DNA of 64,000 nucleotides, taken from positions 67,890,001 through 67,954,000 of the forward strand of contig OX597830.1 of assembly GCA_951406725.2 (NCBI GenBank), in the 5' to 3' direction. The position numbers were made by a program, and so were the translations under genes. The stretch comes from Octopus vulgaris. Its lineage: Eukaryota. Numbering within the stretch: position 1 is the first letter of the stretch; every line of letters starts with the position of its first letter. This document shows, piece after piece, positions 43,901 to 51,935 of the stretch. The notes beneath the pieces are model-generated. The model searched no databases. It was not told the DNA's origin and worked only from the letters and a program-made list of their open reading frames with translations.

Positions 43901-45837
43901 TCTCTAAATGTAATTTTCCTTGAATCACCATTACATGTTTTATATAATATTTTTTGAAACAACTTTTTTCCTAGATCAATACTAGAGCAACTGAAAGCTG
44001 ATATTAAAAAACAACAGGGAGCAAATGACTTGGTTGATTGTGTGTTTGATTCCATGAAACATCTAGATTTGATAACTGTATGTAATATACAATCACCAGA
44101 AGACTTTGATGTCGCAATCATGAAAGCTGTGTTCAAAGGTAAGAAATAATTTTAAAATTGAATTTTCGTTCTTTTCTTTTTCACATTTTCCAGTGAGTTT
44201 GACTTTCATTGAATATGTTCCTAACTTAGATTAATTATTATTAATTAAACCAATTATTAGACATGCCAAAAAGTTAAGAGCTATTTTTAGCATAAAATAT
44301 TAAAAATCTAAATTAGGGTGAAATGTACAAGGAAAGAATAATAGTTAATGACTAATGTTATTATTTTTATATCTTTCACCAAGTTTTTGGATGTTAATCT
44401 TGGAATGTTGAAGCTTAATTGAGCTTCATCAATAAGAAATCATATGGCTGTATTAATAAATTTTCTGGAGAAGTTTCTGGAATGTGAGGGAATGGTATGT
44501 TATCATTAGCATTGTACTTTGTCTGTGATGAAGACCTTTAACTCACAAATTCCCCTTTTCTATATTACTGTAAATAGGCACTAAATAGTAAAAGGAGTAT
44601 ACTTCTGAAATTGTTAACCCAATGAATATTTTCCAGAAGAAATTGTCATTTAAATGATATACAAACTAGAGATAAGATGGGGTCTAGAGTCGGAACAACA
44701 GAAGCTTATGGAAAGGTGACTGTTACTGCTCTTTAGTAATAGCATCAAACTCACTGGTTTTATGAGACTTTGTGAAGACCGTGGAAATATAATAGTTAGA
44801 TGTTAAAATATTAAGTATTAATTATGGAATAATTATGAATTAACTGCTAATATATTCAACATTTAATCACATCAGTTATTACAAAAAGCAATTTGCAGCA
44901 AAACATATTGCACTTTTTCCCCTCAAAATGGTTTTCATAATATCTAAGTAGCATTGCTGTGTCGCCAAAAATTCAGACAGTTTTATTAATTATCGAAAAT
45001 GGCACAACAACAAAATAGGAGAACCCATTGCAAAATTTAAGGGATCTAATAAACAAATGTACATTCACAGACTTGAAGTTCTTGAAGAATCAGATACGGT
45101 TGTACTGTCATTTTGGAAGATATGGTCCACAATATGTGTATTTCTGTATGTGTGCATGTGTATGTGTGTGTGAGTGTACACATATACACTCACACAAACA
45201 CACATACATACAAACACACACACATGCATATATACATATTTATGCATGTACACACATCTATGATCTTCGAAGCCTCGCAGAAGCAATGACTAGTGACTGA
45301 GACCTTCGGTGATATGCTGTGCTTGAGATGACTCGACAAGCCAAGGGAATTCCCAGTTGTGGCCGTTGTGGTGTCATGTAAATTGCACCCATGAAATTGT
45401 TATCGTGGCCGTTGCCAATAGCATGATCTTCGTATGTCAAACCTCACAGAAATAAAGGAGCCAGTAATGAAGCATGGGCCTCAGGGAGGCATGGACAAGC
45501 AACCTACAACATGGCGATATGCTGTGCTTAAGAAAACTCATCAAACCAACTGAATCAGTAGTCATGGCCTTTGCCAGTGTTATGTAAATGGCACCTGTAA
45601 AATCGTAGTCATGGCCGTTACCGGTGTCGAGTACATCACACCCGTCCTAGTGACATGCAAAACGCACCCATTACACTCTTGGAAGTGGTTAGCATTAGGA
45701 AGAGCATCCAGCTGTGGAAACCATTCCAAATAAAACAGGAAGCTGCTACAGATCTCTGGCTTACCAGTTGCAGTAAAATCGTCTAACCCATGCCAGCATG
45801 GAAAGTGAACATTAGATGATGATGATGATGATGATAT

Positions 45838-45891
<54 letters not shown>

Positions 45892-47178
45892 CAAAGGAAT
45901 TCCAACTCTGTCTGTTTTTTACGTTTTACTTATATTCTTTATAATATTAATGTAGAATATAGAATACATAGTATAAATAGTATATATAGTAAAATGAAAT
46001 GAAGTATTGATTGTCTTATTGAATAGATGAAATACTGAACATCAAATATTAAGGGACTAGTATACTTTCTTGCATTTAAGCAGTTTTCAAGGTCCCAGGT
46101 TGTGACAGGAATGTTTCAACTGTACTTGACTGTCTGTCTTTTGTTCTTTATATACGTTCCTGTGGACAGCAGTAGTAGTTGCTTGGCTATTTTTAGAGAT
46201 GATGCCAAACCATTTTTCAGTGTTTATTCTTAGAAATGATGGCAGCAGAACTTTTTAGGGATTTTTATTTTTTAGGTATAGGAATAAGATTTTTAAACCT
46301 TAAATAAGATTAATTTAATCCTTGTTTATTAAGCTTCGGTTTGAATTTATTAATTTTCTCTCAGTTTTCTCTCGATTTTGTTCAGATTGTATAGTTTATG
46401 AAATGGAAATATCCTAAATGTTTTCCGACCACATGTTGCCAGATGGTTACGCAGTGGTATCTGACGGACTTCTGGATTTTTAATTTGTTGTCGATGCATA
46501 CGCGAGCGTTCTGATAGTGCATTGCCTGTCTGGCCAACGTACAGTTCTTCACAATTTGGGCATTTGATGCAGTAGATTAAATTTCTGCTTTTGCAGTTCA
46601 TGTTCACGTTTGAGAATATTTTCCCTGTTTTTGTGTTCATACATGGGCCAGTATGAATTAATTGGCATGTACCACATCAGCTATCATTGCATTTAGACAC
46701 AGTGAATGGTTGATCTTTGTTGCTAAGGTCAAACCTTGCCTTAGTTAATAACTTTTTCAAACTTTTAGGCTGTCTCTTGCTGAGAGTTATAGTTTGATCT
46801 GTAATGATATTTCTCAATTCCTTACTTTATGCAATGATTGGTAGGTTTGCTTTAGCGATATTGAAGATGTTCTAGTGGCATGGATTGTGTGTCACTATAA
46901 ATGGTATGATTTGTTCTTGTTTTTCTCTTCTTTGTGGTGTCCTCAGTTGTTGTATGGGTATTTTCATAGCCTGCTGAATACCATTTTCTATAAGTAGTTT
47001 TGTTTGAGCAGAAATTCTTTCAGTTCCATCAGGCACTGATTTTGAATATCGACTGATGGTTTATTTTAAAATCTATATTAAAGGAAGAAAAGAATTGAAA
47101 GAAGTCACGCTTACATCGAAGAGAAAAAGAATTGACAGTCTACTAAATAACGTATTTTCAGACGGAACTCAGTGGCAA
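3195..47178 (+). CDS. Partial multi-exon TRPM-like cation channel gene, N-terminal MHR/SLOG region: join(3195-3289,10526-10563,14342-14426,21087-21267,30329-30492,35103-35262,39390-39493,42320-42405,43975-44138,47084-47178). No start codon, transmembrane exons or stop codon were found in the window.
   Basis: All ten exons are bounded by AG/GT, intron phases are compatible (0,2,0,1,0,1,0,2,1) and the joined frame has no stops. TRPM motifs appear in family order: [32 protein letters not shown]...[52 protein letters not shown]. Confidence 0.88.
3735..6944 (-). CDS. LINE ORF2: AP endonuclease + reverse transcriptase
   Basis: LNVRG, LTETHL, YRPP, MGDFNLP, LDLVL, LSDH (APE); [25 protein letters not shown] (RT); VRPHLEY. 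Confidence 0.95.
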   Translation of the reverse strand: MYPPTKWQTKVVTLFFTDLPRKYEGRPKPGDPTSYQQPPMQITRTTHPLPTRKSYTHSSIQELPTLLPLNNLEQCKHQTSLTSTFLLNVRGINPSIIAQKWKIPYIESWLAETTHCFPFFILTETHLNNTHIDAEVKIKDFTIVRADRTNRNKGGTAIFIHDSFLLDAKDIFSNGYCESVSLFSKAKDIVIVGLYRPPQAPLKCFEECLSKVKSFLRKYHSGNILVMGDFNLPHVNWPTNTLKLGKCSTSDRAAAELLFNLMDEYFLTQLVLEPTRQNKTILDLVLTNHSSFVHSISVEKTLLSDHDMVLCNFNSRHIKTKPANPTPWHSFDNINFHKADWGAIRKDLSFIDWSFTLNSTHIETAWQHFENIVTYTWSKHAPTKSTNTNRNRLPKKKKTLIRRIKRLNKKINQLKYSHKQHPRSTTMKRLELEKLHLQNDMKTSIENQRAAEEQWVIKNIKQNPKVFYSYANKHRTPVSPIGPLIDANGIPQHDAKEMAEILQKQYCSVFSVPTDIDVRETNEVDSQHKIADITFTPTDIVAAINEVKYYSAVGPDRFPASLLKECKHQLAVPLTNLWRNSLDAGYIPRQFLSQSVIPVFKQGNRSLALNYRPISLTSHIIKVFERVLRSRMADFLETQKLLNANQHGFRCGRDCLTQFLHHIEDVLKALGTGSNSDVIYLDFSKAFDRVDHNILLSKLANVGIRGKVLHWIKYFLANRTQHVVVDGVHSSPAKVTSGVPQGTVLGPLLFIIYINDLSSVVHHCKVKIFADDTKLKQIVNEEADRTQLQSDLYAVSQWADRNKMQLNEGKFELMHFGRNSSLKQPYSLPSGEPLTASNNIRDMGVIVDDDLSWSAHINKKVDIARRMSSWILRTFRSREQGVIIPLFSSFVRPHLEYCCPLWSPHTRQNISRIESPQRALTKRIEGMAALDYWDRLKALKLYSLQRRRERYIICTMRKIYRQLCPNDLNISFKVHPRLGPRAIRPLPNSRSQHTCTLQHNFFSSTGPALFNIVPREIKEEKDPINFKQSLDRFLQRIPDKPPIIGYNSPNKNSLLEQNWIQLTQQELTT
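6892..8007 (-). CDS. LINE ORF1: Myb/SANT-like domain, Pro/Gln/Ser linker with 35-aa repeat, four CCCH zinc fingers. Probably ends at 6737 once a 1-nt indel is corrected.
   Basis: [15 protein letters not shown]...VYSKIAEKL...RSVKQIENK; four C..C..C-x3-H units; first ATG at 8007. Confidence 0.85.
   Translation of the reverse strand: MADNIQKRHWVENEITAMINAWYTHHNEANVYSKIAEKLAKQSFHRSVKQIENKTKEIVRIFPIIHTHMATLKAILVNECSAPNDPTPTGQGSLQRLDSQQQTSDLIPPIPQDSLSQQPVSATTSPVPDPIPPASSAVESQVSPTPQDSLPQQPVSATTSPVPDPIPPASPAVASQVSLLLQQQQHSAIEKSPIHPYQTPCLYYAQGNCKFGPSGNNNKGRCAFSHPTLCRRLVKGICPHGITGKNCPHLHPKYCPKYRIHGPDPKYGCTKGNRCTFFHPKLCQTSVSLRMCLNPECNHHHLKGTKRSQNIYKQQQRRSSTTIKATYNHVSPPTIKQRRRNHEKTITPNNTNMKYVSSDQVANQSGNSLFY
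7474..7686 (-). repeat. 105-bp in-frame tandem duplication in ORF1
   Basis: [30 protein letters not shown] occurs twice. Confidence 0.9.
8623..8661 (-). ncRNA. Minimal hammerhead ribozyme-like motif (variant core)
   Basis: Reverse complement: TCTTT CTGTTGA A GAGC GTAG GCTC GAAACGTT AAAGA. Palindromic AACGTT stem III as in Penelope-type minimal hammerheads. Confidence 0.55.
8911..8948 (-). ncRNA. Minimal type I hammerhead ribozyme-like motif (variant core)
   Basis: Reverse complement: CTGT CCGATGA ACG GCAA CGG GAA ACT CAG AGT A ACAG. Stem I CTGT/ACAG, GUA site. Confidence 0.55.
10526..10563 (+). CDS. TRPM-like micro-exon, start of MHR1
   Basis: Strong acceptor ttttttattttcag and donor gtaatt, 38 nt. 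Encodes [12 protein letters not shown](R), resembling the TRPM2/7 N-terminal WI..NI/F.KR segment. Phase fits both neighbours. Confidence 0.75.
11371..11590 (+). mobile_element. SINE, second family
   Basis: tRNA-like head followed by a ggtcgactttgcctttcatccttt...taagtaccag core. Degenerate relatives near 12770-12860 (-), 13040-13140 (-) and 29990-30070 (+). Confidence 0.65.
14342..14426 (+). CDS. TRPM-like exon, MHR1
   Basis: ttgatag|...|gtaatt. Encodes [28 protein letters not shown] (TRPM PTDAFG.I.F motif). Confidence 0.9.
17051..17165 (+). mobile_element. tRNA-derived SINE head, same family as 2740-3143
   Basis: aagtagcttgctt...ccacatggttccgggttcagtccca. Confidence 0.7.
17780..20735 (+). 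mobile_element. Degenerate RTE-like LINE
   Basis: GC-richer block with broken RT motifs (LYIAFIDLK...DTVD near 19690, RQGC near 19878) and many stops. Confidence 0.7.
21087..21267 (+). CDS. TRPM-like exon, MHR1/2 (SLOG)
   Basis: catatag|...|gtaaaa. Encodes [60 protein letters not shown]. Confidence 0.93.
21385..21582 (+). repeat. Second copy of the 342-545 repeat
   Basis: Direct sequence match; sits after (ACT)n(AAT)n. Confidence 0.75.
22828..25258 (+). mobile_element. R4/Dong-like non-LTR retrotransposon, degenerate and internally deleted
   Basis: [39 protein letters not shown] and [15 protein letters not shown] motifs, then a jump near 24950 to the endonuclease tail ([22 protein letters not shown]); (TAA)n tail. 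Confidence 0.8.
25259..26130 (+). mobile_element. Two short 5'-truncated R4/Dong-like 3' ends
   Basis: [17 protein letters not shown] and [15 protein letters not shown] (restriction-like endonuclease), each bounded by (TAA)n. Confidence 0.7.
26225..27945 (+). mobile_element. Another R4/Dong-like element, degenerate RT region
   Basis: [40 protein letters not shown]. Confidence 0.75.
27946..28490 (-). mobile_element. RTE-like AP endonuclease fragment
   Basis: STLNVG, CCIQEVR, AYAPQ, VGDFN.H.G, GFGSRN.E. Confidence 0.75.
30329..30492 (+). CDS. TRPM-like exon, MHR1/2 (SLOG)
   Basis: ttttgcag|...|gtaaat. Encodes (D)[54 protein letters not shown]. Confidence 0.93.
31566..32520 (+). mobile_element. 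Degenerate mariner transposon
   Basis: KAAETA.DINETF, VPHDL, VTVWW...GVIHYNF and ILHDNA motifs with stops; related to 39640-40735. Confidence 0.8.
32540..33263 (+). mobile_element. Helitron 3' fragment (PIF1-type helicase C-terminus, ORF 32696-33157)
   Basis: [32 protein letters not shown]...[15 protein letters not shown]. Ends in a small GC hairpin plus CTAG. Confidence 0.85.
33501..33569 (-). ncRNA. Mutated inverted copy of the hammerhead
   Basis: Core reads CTGATAA and the site reads GCC; probably inactive. Confidence 0.6.
33938..34006 (+). ncRNA. Type I hammerhead ribozyme
   Basis: TCCCA CTGATGA [AACTG...TAGTT] A GAA AC CATG GT C TGGGA. Intact core, GUC cleavage site after 34001, palindromic loop III. 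Confidence 0.8.
34349..34665 (+). mobile_element. Probable tRNA-derived SINE
   Basis: Degenerate A/B-box head (cttagtggctaag...gagatcgagtc) followed by tgtgtccttggacaagatacttt. Confidence 0.55.
35103..35262 (+). CDS. TRPM-like exon, MHR2
   Basis: tttccag|...|gtaagt. Encodes [53 protein letters not shown]. Confidence 0.95.
36054..37010 (-). mobile_element. RTE-like retroelement 3' region with internal ~66-bp tandem array (36234-36536) and (GAT)n tail
   Basis: 36600-37010 matches 51590-51840 in reverse. The terminal segment ctttccatgctggcatg recurs at 38840-39030, 45660-45835 and 9035-9140. Confidence 0.7.
37050..37900 (-). mobile_element. Degenerate Ty3/Gypsy-like gag fragment
   Basis: EEFSY.P.....F...[11 protein letters not shown]; ILTKLE segment shared with 49400-50530. 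Confidence 0.6.
39390..39493 (+). CDS. TRPM-like exon, MHR2/3
   Basis: ttcccgacag|...|gtcagt. Encodes (K)[34 protein letters not shown]. Confidence 0.9.
39640..40735 (-). mobile_element. Degenerate mariner transposon
   Basis: KAAETV.D.NETFG, WVPH.L, EKWILY, VWW...[18 protein letters not shown]. Confidence 0.85.
40850..41930 (-). mobile_element. L1/Tx1-like LINE ORF2 C-terminal fragment
   Basis: W..R.VSLKGR, FLW.G, GGLG, CPRC....[10 protein letters not shown] zinc motif. Related fragment at 48300-49110. Confidence 0.75.
42320..42405 (+). CDS. TRPM-like exon, MHR3
   Basis: ttaacag|...|gtttgt. Encodes [28 protein letters not shown] (TRPM GSGRAAD motif). Confidence 0.9.
42724..42974. mobile_element. 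Mariner-derived MITE
   Basis: Ends TTAGGTTGGTGCA...TGCACCAACCTAA with flanking TA and extended palindromic arms. Confidence 0.88.
43975..44138 (+). CDS. TRPM-like exon, MHR3
   Basis: ttttcctag|...|gtaaga. Encodes [54 protein letters not shown]. Confidence 0.88.
46290..47030 (-). mobile_element. Penelope-like element 3' fragment (GIY-YIG endonuclease)
   Basis: [25 protein letters not shown]...R...H. Confidence 0.8.
47084..47178 (+). CDS. TRPM-like exon, diverged paralogue of exon 3195-3289
   Basis: aatctatattaaag|...|gtaaga, 95 nt, same length and phase as 3195-3289. Encodes [31 protein letters not shown]. Flanking introns are homologous to those of 3195-3289. Confidence 0.75.
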
Positions 47179-47183
47179 GTAAG

Positions 47184-47229
<46 letters not shown>

Positions 47230-47446
47230 TTTATTATTTTATCAATTCATGTAATGAACCATTAATAAATTGATTTTAATTTCTCTTTCCTGAGAAGAAA
47301 AGTAAAATTACATAGGTAAAATATGTATTTTAAAGATTGTTTACTGAAAGTTTTTAAAATTTTATGCTTGTAAAATATTCATTGTTTGTTTTACTAACAT
47401 TTTCACCAGTCTTTCCTCTCTCTTGCATTCTCTATGCATCTAACAC

Positions 47447-47486
<40 letters not shown>

Positions 47487-48004
47487 ATTATAAATTGTGC
47501 AAAGGTTACAAAAATTACAACACAATGGTAGCGTAAAACAAAAACACAGAGTTGGTATAAGTTTGATCCTCAGTAAATGATGGAAAAAAACAGTAAGAAG
47601 GAATAATCTGTAATATTTCGATTATTTGCTCATCTTCTGAAAGATAGGAGAGACATGGAAATACCAAAAAGGAAAAGGTAAATTGGAGAAATTGAAACAC
47701 ACATGTATCTAACTATCTCAGTATGATGGATAACTGGAATTAGTCTGGCATATGTGTGTGTATATGTGTGTGAGTATATATGTGCACTTTCTTGCTTGCT
47801 TCTATGTATAGATAAGGCTATTGTGTACCTGTATATTCTCTGTGTGTGTGTGTATGTTTATATCTGTTGATATGTTTGTGTATGAATAGTATGTCGAAAT
47901 GTGTGAGGCGGGTGGTGTGTGTATGAAGAAGGGGTGGTAGGTAAATAAAGAGCATTGAGTACTAAGATGGAAGAAAAGTATGCACAAAAAATTAATTCCT
48001 ATCG

Positions 48005-48074
<70 letters not shown>

Positions 48075-48299
48075 GAGTAAGGGTGCAGAGCAGCATCTAC
48101 ATTGCTTGAAGCAAGAGTCCAAGACATTTTAGTCATGAACAAAGCACATTTCTCTGTGAGGGAGACAAACTTCTCACAGCAAGTGAGGGCATCGGATTGA
48201 GATAGGACAACCAATTTCACATGAAATTCATGCTCATCCATAATACCACTCCATTGCTAATGGTTAAGCTGAAATCTCACCTGTCAGTATATAGACATT

Positions 48300-49110
48300 G
48301 GAAAAATGTATGCAGGACAGTTTTTTCATCCTCCGCATACCTCAGAGCCGTGTGTCTGACAGCATTTCCGTATCTGAAGTGGCACAGATCTCCAGTAGAA
48401 CTGCCAGGCCAAAGATTCCTGGAAGATCGCCACAGAACCCAGCCCAAAAGCCCTCCAAGAAAGAGTCACTAGCTGATTCCTCCAGAGGTCCAGAATTTCT
48501 CTGAGGACGTCGCCGCTTTTGCCCGCTACTAATCTCCTTTAGAAGTCTACAGTGGAACTTCTACCGACCGCATTGCCTAACTGGCACAAACTTGTGAGCG
48601 TTTGCCAATCGTCCTTTCTTGGCCTTTGCATGAACTAGGAGTGCAGCTCTGTCAATGAGACAAACTGTGGAAAGTCCTGCCCGAAAAATGGTGACCACAC
48701 CCACTGACCGTTAAGAAAGTGCTGAACATACTGCAGCCTCAGTGCATGTCTGTGCATCATTAGTCATGGCATACCCACTCCTCCACTCAATGACTGTTGA
48801 CTGAAGATGGACCATCGGACAAGAGGAACACATGCCTTGCACATAAATTAGGAGAGCAAGCGCATCCAATGTGATCAGACACAAAGTGATGCAAGAGACG
48901 ACTGTCAGGCTGTAGTAGATGACGGAAGTGAAGTATGTAGTCGCCATCTCCACCTGACCCTTCATAGACAACTCCATCTCTGCCCATTTCTTGATGAAAT
49001 TGGCCACCCTGCTCATCACACCCCATCAGTTCTTGACCACATGGAGTTCTAGACCAAACTGGATCACGAGCAGCTTAACTGGTCCTTCCGTCAATCACAT
49101 TTCAACACTG
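48300..49110 (-). mobile_element. Degenerate L1/Tx1-like LINE fragment
   Basis: W...LSMKG...A..Y..SVIYY.LTVV; parallels 41686-41925. Confidence 0.6.
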
Positions 49111-49379
49111 TCATGGCATGGCCTGCCTCATTCGTCTTCCACTTATAATTAAACATCAGAAATATCTCATTTTGAGAACAATTTATCACCATTTAATTTC
49201 GATAATATTTCATCTGGGCTATGTTATGGGCAGTTATACTGTCTTAAACATTTGTTTAGTCACGTCGATAAATCTGCACATACATGAACTTTATTATTAT
49301 TCTTGTTTACATACATCATTTGAGAATAGACGATATGTTCAATCATTCCCATTTTGTTCCAGTCTTTCTAATTGTTCCA

Positions 49380-50530
49380 GGGCAGCACACGATATATTGC
49401 GTTTGGGTTTGAAAACTGGTAATGAGTTTTCCCTTACCTGAAATTTGGCTTAAAATTTATTGCACCAACCCAACTCATCCGAAAAAATATCAGTGAACAA
49501 CCTTTTCACTTCTTTTAATAATATTTCTGATTCTGAATTAGAACTGGTGCACAACTGCATTACATATTTATGATAATTATTTATGGGTAAATCCGATAAG
49601 TTGAACAATTCTATCCAGTCAGTTATAAAAAGGTTGCTTGTATGATTTTAATACATAAGCTTTCGCTTTTATAATCGTACTGCGAAATTTAATGCTACAG
49701 ATAGTTTCACCTTTAAAATTTAATTTAATTCCCGAGACTCCACGTGCAATTTTCGAGGTTTCTTGTAACGTAGGTTTCCCAATAGTTTTCCATGTGGTTT
49801 CATTAACTAAAGTAATGTCACTACCTGCATCTTACTGTAATTTTACATTTGTGTTATTAATTTTTACATCCCCAAATTTCCTTTGAGTACCGTTTGTATT
49901 TCCTGTCACTGATAAACAATTTACATGATTTTTTCTGTTGAACTATCTTCTAAGTTTTGTTTTAGAGTGTGATTTTTTTTTACCTATCTTACCGCATTTG
50001 AAGCATTTTTGCCAGTCGAATCTGTTGTGTAATTCTCCACATCCAAAACATGGGTTAATTTTCTACTTTTCATTTCTTACTTTAAGCCACACTGACTGTA
50101 AATTTTCTCCTTTTCATTACTTACTTTTGTTTGCAACGACTGTAAATGAGAGCAATTTCTTATACTAATTTGTTCCGTATCGTGCCTTAGACTTATTATT
50201 CTCAGGCATTCCTCGGATATTTCTTGTAGAGTTAGCTTCTGATTCTGCTCTAATTTAGTCAGAATTCGGCTAGAATTTCCGCATCTTTCTTTGCTGTAAA
50301 ACCTTATAAGAAAATTAAGCATTCAAACATAATTCAATTTTGGTATGAGAAGTGGTATTAATTTTTTAATTTTGAATCACTTCCATTTCCTATTAACGAT
50401 TCCAGCATATGTAATAAAATCTTTGTCCTCCTTTTTGTAATATTCATGCATTGCCAGCGTGTATTAAATAAAGAGCATTTTTCATGGAAAATCTTTGATA
50501 GCATGTTCACCATTTCTTCAGAATAGGTTT
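49380..50530 (-). mobile_element. Degenerate Ty3/Gypsy-like gag-protease fragment
   Basis: ILTKLEQNQKLTLQEISEEC and CCHC-like PCFGCGELH...KCFKCGK.G. Confidence 0.6.
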
Positions 50531-50540
50531 CACCTTCTTA

Positions 50541-50898
50541 TTCTTTTACTTGTTTCAGTCATTTGACTTCGGCCATGCTGAAACACCGTCTTTAGTCGAA
50601 CAAATCATCCCCAGGAACTTATTCTTTGTAAGCCTAGTACTTATTAATCGGTTTCTTTTGCTGAACCGCTAAGTTACGGGACATAAACATACCAACATCG
50701 GTTGTCAAGCGATGGGGGAAGGACAAACACACACACACACATAAAGGACGGGCTTCTTTCAGTTTCCGTCTATCAAATCTACCCACAAGACTTCGGTCGG
50801 TTGAGGCTATAGTAGAAGATAGTTGCCCAAAGTGTCATGCAGTGAGACTGAACCTGGAAACGTGTGGTTGGGGAGCAAGCTTCTTACCACACAGCCAC
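50541..50898 (-). mobile_element. tRNA-derived SINE, same family as 2740-3143
   Basis: Direct similarity along its whole length. Confidence 0.8.
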
Positions 50899-50977
50899 TC
50901 TTGCTCGGCTGGTGCCAACTTTCTCAAAAATAGTCGAATTTTGTCGATGAGGAGGTCCAACAAAACCTGTGATAAAC

Positions 50978-51012
<35 letters not shown>

Positions 51013-51013
51013 C

Positions 51014-51585
51014 TGATAGCACAGGAATCTAAGGCCCAAACAATAATACCAGTGATATCAGTGATGATAATAATAATGATAATGAAAGGAGTGAGTAGAG
51101 TCTCCCCGAGTCTCTCCATGTCCTGATTAATGATACATCTAGTGATGGTGTCACAATAAAAACACTGGTAATTGCGCAACCTGATAATCACTACCTCATA
51201 TGAGTGACAATGAATAAACAAAATATCGTGAATAATGGTGGTAATGAAACTGAAGCCACTAACAGTGACAGTGGTACACCCGGTGGGCTTAGAGATTCTG
51301 GAAAGGGGCCACCTCACACGGCATAGATGGAGCAAGCAAATTAATGCTGTGTTCATGGTGTGTTACTACCTAAGCAACCCAGTAGATGAAAATGGTGCTC
51401 AACAAATAGGGGCTGCAATAAGGGTGGAGCACTTGCAGAAAACAGCACTGCTTGGAACCTCTCGAATACTCCGGAAGGTGCTTGAAAAATAGGATGTGTT
51501 ACCTTACTTCACTGGTAGTGAACAGCTGACACTGTTGTACATCTCTAGCGTTAGAAGCTGTACAAAGGCACTAATAATAATAAAA
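51014..51585 (+). mobile_element. Short non-autonomous derivative of the 22828-25258 R4/Dong-like element
   Basis: 5' part matches 22830-23325 and 3' part matches 25049-25225; flanked by (TAA)n. Confidence 0.8.
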
Positions 51586-51935
51586 GAAGCATCAGATGTG
51601 GTGTGCAAGGGAGATGGCCGTGCTGGTATGGTCATGTGGCAAGAATGGATGAGGATAGCTGTGTGAAAAAGTGCCACACCCTAGCAGTTTAGGGAACCAG
51701 TGGAAAAGGTAGGCCCAGGAAGACCTGGGATGAAGTGGTGAAGCACGACCTTCGAACATTAGGCCTCACCGAGGCAATGACTAGCGACCGAGACTTTTGG
51801 AAATATGCTGTGCTTGAGAATACCCGGCAAGCCAAGTAAGACCGCAACCTCATGGCCTATGCCAGGGGTGTAACTAGGCCACTTATGCATACCTTTCCTT
51901 CATTGGACACTAAACTCTGCTTGTGAAGACCTGTT
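51586..51935 (+). mobile_element. RTE-like LINE 3' end
   Basis: [20 protein letters not shown]. Confidence 0.7.
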
